DNA of 64,000 nucleotides from Terracidiphilus sp. (GTDB lineage Bacteria; Acidobacteriota; Terriglobia; Terriglobales; Acidobacteriaceae): NCBI GenBank assembly GCA_050014575.1, contig JBEKDB010000013.1, positions 32 to 64,031 of the forward strand, read 5' to 3'. Shown piece by piece: positions 57,682 to 64,000 of this stretch (position 1 is its first letter; each line of letters starts with the position of its first letter). The notes under the pieces were generated by a model. It saw only the letters and a program-made list of their open reading frames with translations, ran no database searches and was not told where the DNA came from. The position numbers and the translations under genes were made by a program.

Positions 57682-59829
57682 ATGAAAACGTACCAGGGAA
57701 GTGAGATTCGCAACGTGGCTGTAGTGGGGCATGCGCACAGCGGCAAAACCACCTTGATCGCCGCTCTGCTGCATGCCGCCAAGATGACCCCAACCCAGGG
57801 CCGCGTCGACGACGGCACCGCCGTCACCGCCTATGACGAAGAAGAGGTGGCCCGCGGCGCAACCATGCAGAACGCCGTGGCTTTTGCCGAGTGGCAAGGC
57901 GTCAAAATCAACCTGATCGACACGCCCGGCTTTCATATGTTCAGTCACGAGGCCCGCGCCGCCCTGCTTCCCGTTGAAGCCGCCGTGGTCCTCATCAATG
58001 CCCAGAACGGCGTTGAGCCGATCACCGAGCGGGTGTGGAGATACGCTTCCGAGGCCAAGGTTCCCCGCATTGTTGTGATCAACCAGATGGACCACCCCAA
58101 GGCCGGCGGCGGCAGCGGACTGAGCGCCCTGGTCGAGGACCTCGTCGACCGCTGGAGCCGCAGCTGTGTTCTTGTCCAGTTGCCCATCTCAGATGCCGAG
58201 GGCTTTCACGGCGTGGTGGACCTGGTGACCATGGAGGCCTTCCATTATGAGCCCGGTGGCGACGGCCGCGGCAAGCTCGTGCAGGTTCCCAACAGCCTGG
58301 CCGCCGATGCCAAGACCCGCCATGAGGCGCTGGTGGAGCTGGTGGCCGAGGGCAAAGACGAGTTGATGGAGGAGTACTTCGAGACGGGCACCCTCACAGC
58401 GGAGCACCTCGCCGCCGCGCTGCATGAAGGCGTCCGCGATGGCGTCATCTTCCCGGTGCTCTTCACCAGCGGCCAGGCCAACATGGCCGCCGACCGCCTG
58501 CTTGACTTCATCAAGTCCAACGCCCCTTCGCCCGTCGAGCGCGCTCCCATCGCCGTCCATGCCCCGTCGTATGAAGCCGCGCCAGCCAGCCCGGACGCGG
58601 AGCTGGAGGCGGATGCCGGCGTCGCCGTCCGCAAGGTGGACGACAAGGAACCGGCTGCCCTGGTGGTCTTCAAGACCATGACCGATCCCTTCAGCGGGCG
58701 CATCAGCTTCTTCAAGGTGGTCGGTGGCGTCATCAAGAACGATGCCACGGTGGAGAATTACACGCGCCGCAGCCAGGAGCGGCTCTCGCACCTGAGCGTA
58801 ATGCAGGGCCGCAAGGCCATCGAGGTGCCCGAACTGCACGCCGGCGACCTGGGCGCCGTGGCCAAGCTGCGCGATACCCTTACCGGCGACACGCTGGGCC
58901 AGAAGGGCGCCGAGATTCAGGTCGATCTGGCGCCGCTGCCCGAGCCGGCCATGACCTACGCCATCGAGCCCAAGAGCCGCGCCGACGAAGACAAGCTCGC
59001 CCCCGCCATCCACAAGCTCATGGAAGAAGACCTGCTCATCCGCTTCTTCCGCGACCCGCAGACCAACGAGTTCCTTATCGCCGGCGCCGGCCAGCCGCAC
59101 ATCGAGGCCATCGTCAGCCGCCTCAAAAAGCGCTACCACGCCGAGGTCACGCTCAAGGCGCCCAAGGTGCCCTACCGCGAGACCATCCGCGCCAAGGTCG
59201 AGGCACCGGGACGCCACAAGAAGCAGACCGGCGGGCACGGCCAGTTCGGCGATTGCAAGATTCGCATGGAGCCATTGCCGCGCGGCACCGGCTTCGAGTT
59301 CGCCAGCGAAGTCTTCGGCGGCGCAATTCCCCGCAACTTCATCCCGGCAATCGAAAAGGGCATTGTCGAGTCGGCCGCGCGCGGCTATCTCGCCGGCTAC
59401 CCGGTCGTCGACTTCAGGGCTGTCGTCTACGACGGCAGTTACCACGAGGTGGATTCCAACGAAATGTCCTTCAAGATGGCCGGCCGCATCGCCTTCCGCA
59501 AGGGCATGGAAACGGCGAAGCCGTGCCTGCTCGAACCCATCATGAAGGTCGAAATCGAGGCTCCCGACGAGTTTGCCGGAACCCTGATGGGCGACCTCAA
59601 CTCGCGCCGCGGCCGCGTAGCGGGCATGGAGTCCAAGGGCCGGACAACAGTCATCAACGCCCAGGTTCCCATGGCCGAGATGCTGACCTATGGAACGCTG
59701 CTGACTTCGATGACTCAAGGCAAAGGCAGCTACCGAATGGAGATGGACCACTACGACATCGTCCCGCAGCTAGTCGCCGAAAAGATCCTGGCCAACGCCA
59801 AGCGGCCCGTGGAGGAAGAGGAAGAGTAA
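57682..59829 (+). CDS. Elongation factor G paralog (EF-G2 type)
   Basis: GHAHSGKTT, DTPGF, NQMD, PKVPYRETI, HKKQTGGHGQFG, DGSYHEVDSNEMSF, LLEPIM; 715 aa; not in the str operon. Confidence 0.93.
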   Translation: MKTYQGSEIRNVAVVGHAHSGKTTLIAALLHAAKMTPTQGRVDDGTAVTAYDEEEVARGATMQNAVAFAEWQGVKINLIDTPGFHMFSHEARAALLPVEAAVVLINAQNGVEPITERVWRYASEAKVPRIVVINQMDHPKAGGGSGLSALVEDLVDRWSRSCVLVQLPISDAEGFHGVVDLVTMEAFHYEPGGDGRGKLVQVPNSLAADAKTRHEALVELVAEGKDELMEEYFETGTLTAEHLAAALHEGVRDGVIFPVLFTSGQANMAADRLLDFIKSNAPSPVERAPIAVHAPSYEAAPASPDAELEADAGVAVRKVDDKEPAALVVFKTMTDPFSGRISFFKVVGGVIKNDATVENYTRRSQERLSHLSVMQGRKAIEVPELHAGDLGAVAKLRDTLTGDTLGQKGAEIQVDLAPLPEPAMTYAIEPKSRADEDKLAPAIHKLMEEDLLIRFFRDPQTNEFLIAGAGQPHIEAIVSRLKKRYHAEVTLKAPKVPYRETIRAKVEAPGRHKKQTGGHGQFGDCKIRMEPLPRGTGFEFASEVFGGAIPRNFIPAIEKGIVESAARGYLAGYPVVDFRAVVYDGSYHEVDSNEMSFKMAGRIAFRKGMETAKPCLLEPIMKVEIEAPDEFAGTLMGDLNSRRGRVAGMESKGRTTVINAQVPMAEMLTYGTLLTSMTQGKGSYRMEMDHYDIVPQLVAEKILANAKRPVEEEEE

Positions 59830-59873
59830 CTGCGTATTGGCCCGGCGTAATACGACCGAACCACCACAAAGCT

Positions 59874-60040
59874 CTCATCCTGATCGGGCGGGGCGGAGTC
59901 GAAGGATCTTCTTTTCGTTCATTCGGCCAACCAATCTGGGTACTCCAGGTCAGGAGTCTCTGACCTGGAGCTCCCGCAATTGCCTAACTTGGCTTGGTTG
60001 GAAATCGCAGGCCGGAATGCGAAACTTCCGGCCTGCGATT
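59874..60040. terminator. REP-like copy (59874-59909) and two strong hairpins (59943-59970, 60003-60040) between convergent genes
   Basis: CTCCAGGTCAG/CTGACCTGGAG and AATCGCAGGCCGGAA/TTCCGGCCTGCGATT stems. Confidence 0.65.
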
Positions 60041-60043
60041 CCA

Positions 60044-61849
60044 TCAAGACGCAGGGCCTACGGAAAACGACTGAGTGAACGTTTTGCTCGGGGTCGAGGA
60101 CATTACGCCGTAAAGGCTGTTCGCCTCTTCTCCCGTGCAGTTCACTCTTGTCCATGAGGGCGCCGCATTCAGCACCGTCATCTCGGCCGAGGACGAATAG
60201 CCGAAGATCCCGTCACCGGATGAGAGCACCACGTGTTCCACGTCTAAGGGCCCAACAAGATCGAGCTGGAAGATGGCGATGGGAGCCAAGTCCTCCGTCG
60301 TGACGCCCTGGATAGACATCAACTCTATCGTCTTGTATGCCGTGAATTCCCCTTCAGGGTCGAAGACGCTAAATGTTGCACTCGTGATATTGCCCGCTCC
60401 ATCGTTCGCAAGGGAAATCGTGAGCTTGTTCCCAGCGGAGAGTTTTGTTCCCGACCAGGCGCCAATAACAACAGGGTAACAAAAGTAATCCGGATTGTAA
60501 GGATTGTTGTTTTTATCCTTACCGAAGTTGAGATTGACAACGCCGAGAATCTGGTTATTAAAAAACGACAAGACGAACTGCTGCCACTTGCATTTGTTGG
60601 CCAGCGGAGAGGAAGTGTTCAGTTGAAATGAAAAGCCCGTGTTGGAGCCGTTGGCAGATTGAAAGACGATATCTTCATTGACGCAGATGGAGGTCTGGAG
60701 GTCCGTTACCGGGTTGCCGTTACAGCCCAGATAGTAGTTGAAGTTGTTCCCCAGGCCGCCGCTCGGGGCAGGCACGGGATTTCCGCGCACCAAGGGTCCC
60801 CCCCATGCGCCTCCATTGTCTACCCAAAAGACATTCAGCTGGCCGCTCGTATCGATCAGAAATACGTCGGTCTGATTCAGTCCGAATTGCTGAGACGCCG
60901 CCAGGAGAGATCCTGGGTTGGCAATGCCGGCGGGGCCGATCTTCTCCGGTCCCCCCCATGCGCCTCCATTGTCTACCCAAAAGACATTCAGCTGGCCGCT
61001 CGTATCGATCAGAAATACGTCGGTCTGATTCAGTCCGAATTGCTGAGACGCCGCCAGGGGAGCTCCCGGGTTGGCAATGCCGGCGGCGCCGATCTTCTCC
61101 GGTCCTCCCCATGCGCCCCCATTGTCCACCCAGAAGACATTCAGTTGGCCGTTCTTGTCGATCACGAAGACATCGGTTTGATTCAGGCCGAATTGCTGGG
61201 ATGCCGCGAGAAAACTCCCTGCTTCGGCAATTCCCGCGGGACCGATCTTTTCCGGTCCCCCCCATGTGCCCCCATTGTCTACCCAGAAGACATTCAACTG
61301 GCCATTCTGATCGATCAGAAACACGTCGGTCTGATTCAAGCCGAACTGCTGGGACGCTGCCAGAGGAGCTCCCGATTTGGCGATGCCCGCCGGGCCGATC
61401 TTCTTGGGTCCCCCCCATGCGCCGCCGTTGTCAACCCAGAAGACATTCAGCTGGCCATTCGTATCGATCAGAAACACGTCGGTCTGATTCAGACCGAATT
61501 GCTGAGACACCGCCAGAGAAGCTCCTGGGTTGGCAATGCCCGCGGGACCGATCTTCTGAGGTCCGCAGAACCTTCCCTGGTTGTCCACCCAAAGAACGTT
61601 CAGCTGGCCGTTCGTATCGATCAGGAACACGTCGGTCTGATACAGCCCGAATTGCTGGGACGCCACCACACACGCGCCGGCGTTGGCGATGCCTGCTGGG
61701 CCGATCGTTAGCGGTCCTTGCCATTCGCCACCGCCCTCGACCCACGAAAAGCAAACCTGTCCTTGTTCATTGATGGAAAACACATCAGTTTCGTTGAGTC
61801 CGGCGTGCCGCGAAGCAGCAATACCGCCACCTGACACAAAGTATCCCAT
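60044..61849 (-). CDS. Seven-repeat (51 aa) beta-propeller protein with a C-terminal beta-rich domain of unknown function
   Basis: ASQQFGLNQTDVFLIDxNGQLNVFWVDNGGAWGGPEKIGPAGIA repeated 7 times at 153-nt period; RBS AAGGAGG before ATG 61849. Confidence 0.82.
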   Translation of the reverse strand: MGYFVSGGGIAASRHAGLNETDVFSINEQGQVCFSWVEGGGEWQGPLTIGPAGIANAGACVVASQQFGLYQTDVFLIDTNGQLNVLWVDNQGRFCGPQKIGPAGIANPGASLAVSQQFGLNQTDVFLIDTNGQLNVFWVDNGGAWGGPKKIGPAGIAKSGAPLAASQQFGLNQTDVFLIDQNGQLNVFWVDNGGTWGGPEKIGPAGIAEAGSFLAASQQFGLNQTDVFVIDKNGQLNVFWVDNGGAWGGPEKIGAAGIANPGAPLAASQQFGLNQTDVFLIDTSGQLNVFWVDNGGAWGGPEKIGPAGIANPGSLLAASQQFGLNQTDVFLIDTSGQLNVFWVDNGGAWGGPLVRGNPVPAPSGGLGNNFNYYLGCNGNPVTDLQTSICVNEDIVFQSANGSNTGFSFQLNTSSPLANKCKWQQFVLSFFNNQILGVVNLNFGKDKNNNPYNPDYFCYPVVIGAWSGTKLSAGNKLTISLANDGAGNITSATFSVFDPEGEFTAYKTIELMSIQGVTTEDLAPIAIFQLDLVGPLDVEHVVLSSGDGIFGYSSSAEMTVLNAAPSWTRVNCTGEEANSLYGVMSSTPSKTFTQSFSVGPAS

Positions 61850-62549
61850 TTGCGCACCCTCCTTTCGGTGCCTTGATGGCAGCTTCACCAGCCGCCATCT
61901 TCCCTTTTCTGTGAAACGGATTTCTGTTCCTGGTCCGGCCCGAGAAGCATATGCTGGGCCGGGCAGCCGAGTGCTCCAGGGCTCGATTTTGGAACCTAGG
62001 AGGGACCGCAGTAGACGCCCTCCTCTTGTTTCCCGCCTGCAGAACCGTTCCCGGCAGGGCTGTTGACTCTTCCAGGCTTGCGGGACTCGTCCGAACGCGG
62101 AGCAACGGCGAGAAGGCGAGCGGTCCACCTGTGACGCGAAGAAAGCTGGGTAACCTATCTCCTCCGCCACGGCGAAGAGAAATGGATTGTAGTATGCCTC
62201 CATCACGAACAGCTGAATCGCTATCGACAATCCAGCTCTATGCACATAAACGCTTTCCGTCGTCGTTTCCCCTTTTTTCCAGATCCTTTTCCGCACCCTG
62301 CTAACCTGAAGTCTGGGCATGCTCCAACGGCCAGGAGTCTTCGGGGCACTCCCTCCCCGGTCCTGTTCCCTATGGGGATATCAGGGCGACTCGCCGGGCG
62401 CAATAGACCCCGTGCTGTTGAACTCCGAATCCCGGAAGTCGGGAGCATCTTCACTCGCATTCAAACTCCTGACATCCTTTCGCAAGGCGAGCCAGGTACT
62501 GCGCCGGCGAGAGCGCGGCGACCCCGTGGCGGGCGGCCCGCCCGGCCCG

Positions 62550-63935
62550 TCAGACGCGACGAGGAGGAAGTTGCGGTGAAAGAGAAAGGGGCAGCTTGAT
62601 GAGGAAGAGGTCCAGAAAGTCGGGGCCCCATGTCATCGGCAGCGTCGCTGCCATCGGGGCCTCGAGTTGGCCGCCTTCCCCCCGCCGCCGGATTACGGTT
62701 TTGCCGTGGTCGGTGGATGCATGGAGGAAGTAGCCGCCGCTCTTCATGGCCATGTTGGCTTCACTGTTCTGCACGGAATCCGAAACGACGATGTGGAACT
62801 GGAGGTTTGCGGGCGCGCGGCGCTTCAGGACTCCGTTGCCATGGTCAAAGCATATCTCCACGCCAAATCTGAATTTGCGGACGCCATCGCCAATCACCGG
62901 GCACTCGTCCTGCGTGCCGGGGACGAACATGGACTGATCGGGAGATATGGATTGAGCTTCATAGAAATCCGTGTGCTTGTCGTACGTACCCCATACCGTG
63001 CCGTTGAGAAGCAGGCAAGTAGTATTGTGAATCTTGCGGGGCTTTGTATTCTTGGCCAGCAGGTTGTCCGCCAGCCTGTTCATGGAGGGAACGTCTCTCC
63101 AGGTGAGAGGGTAATTAGCGGGATCGTGATCGTAATGATCCATGCCGACATCGAGAACCTCTTTCGGGTTAGCCAGCTTGTTTTCGCGAAGGATACGGTT
63201 TTTGGCGGCCTGCAGGAGCTGGTAGCCTGTCTGCACCTTATCGTTGGCGGTCATCTCGACTTCGTAGTGAATGGTGCCGGGAACGAGCAGTATCTTTGGA
63301 AACTCCCGGCTGAGCCCTTTCAAGTTGGCGTCGAGGGTCAACTTGCTGGTGAGATCGAGGAACTCCCGCACTCCCAACTGGCTTGGCTTGGTGAAGTAGT
63401 ATTCGGGCGCAATGAAGATGCCCATGAATGGATTGTCGAGCTGAAGCTCGGCCTGATTCACCTTGCCCAGCCAATCGTTGAATGTCTTCAAGGCGGTCCA
63501 TAGTCTTTGCTGCCGCTCGAAGAGCGACAACATGAAGTTGTGATTCGCGTTTGTGACCGAGAAGAGGCACACGCCAATGGACTTGAGCCGCGAAGGCGAG
63601 GCTGGCTTGGGCGGGATCGGGGGCTGCGCATCCGGGACCCGGTACCCGGCCACGAAGTTCTGAATGGCAGTAAACTCCGGGGTGGTTTGCAGGACAGAAA
63701 GCTCGCCGGGATGATTGCCGCGCAACCATGTATTGAACGCGGCGGCAAGCGCCATTGCCTGTGCCCGCATCTGCGGCGTCTGCCCCTCCAGAGCTTTCAG
63801 CGCGTTGCATACGGCTGTCAGATCGCTGCTGATCGAGCCGGTAATTCCGCCCTGAAACAGGCAACTGCGCAGCATCTTTTCCGTAACGGTGAGGGGGTTG
63901 CCTCGAATCGGGATCGGCGGGGGAGTCGTACTCAC
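62550..63935 (-). CDS. Divergent carbon-nitrogen hydrolase (nitrilase-fold) protein with N-terminal extension
   Basis: IFIAPEYYF (Glu), LVPGT, YDKHTDF (Lys), EICFDH (Cys); GTG start. Confidence 0.75.
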   Translation of the reverse strand: MSTTPPPIPIRGNPLTVTEKMLRSCLFQGGITGSISSDLTAVCNALKALEGQTPQMRAQAMALAAAFNTWLRGNHPGELSVLQTTPEFTAIQNFVAGYRVPDAQPPIPPKPASPSRLKSIGVCLFSVTNANHNFMLSLFERQQRLWTALKTFNDWLGKVNQAELQLDNPFMGIFIAPEYYFTKPSQLGVREFLDLTSKLTLDANLKGLSREFPKILLVPGTIHYEVEMTANDKVQTGYQLLQAAKNRILRENKLANPKEVLDVGMDHYDHDPANYPLTWRDVPSMNRLADNLLAKNTKPRKIHNTTCLLLNGTVWGTYDKHTDFYEAQSISPDQSMFVPGTQDECPVIGDGVRKFRFGVEICFDHGNGVLKRRAPANLQFHIVVSDSVQNSEANMAMKSGGYFLHASTDHGKTVIRRRGEGGQLEAPMAATLPMTWGPDFLDLFLIKLPLSLSPQLPPRRV

Positions 63936-64000
63936 GGGAGATCACCTTTCAGTGGGGAGTTGTTGCATGGCCGGCGCGCCTTGTTCGCGTCGCCGGTCGC

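Noticed and set aside
60800-61800. 153-nt repeats considered as CRISPR or as diversity-generating retroelement template/variable repeats
   Set aside because: They are coding propeller blades; differences are not adenine-specific and no reverse transcriptase is present.

Overview
High-GC bacterial chromosome segment, most consistent with an Acidobacteriota (Terriglobia-like) genome. This placement is inferred from gene content and REP-like repeats, not from a search. The window starts in a tuf / tRNA (Gly, Thr, Tyr, Thr) operon, followed by poxB and nrdR. A ~17 kb type VI secretion cluster follows: tssK divergent, then tssB-tssC-hcp-tagJ-tssA-tssE-tssF-tssG-clpV-vgrG, a HExxH metallopeptidase-LysM gene, a DUF1795-like gene and a PAAR gene. 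No tssJ/tssL/tssM membrane-complex gene is visible. The rest is mostly housekeeping and carbohydrate genes (GlcNAc kinase-like, nagA, Ser/Thr kinase, amt, GT1, cpaE-like, CYTH, sua5, hfq-like, holB, tmk, recJ, ferredoxin, GH31, GPH transporter, GH94, EF-G paralog). Most notable: (1) the T6SS without a membrane complex, with its peptidase-LysM cargo candidate; (2) a phage-switch-like trio with no phage genes (protease-dead CI-like repressor divergent from a Zn-finger/AT-hook gene and a sigma-region-4-only gene); (3) a single-gene cassette inserted in the tmk 3' end between 171-bp direct repeats; (4) a HEAT-repeat gene broken by two +1 shifts at CCC-N sites; (5) an Amt with altered gate residues, coupled to a small membrane protein; (6) a 7-repeat beta-propeller protein and a divergent nitrilase-fold protein, both without signal peptides. 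All family calls are from motif recognition by eye.
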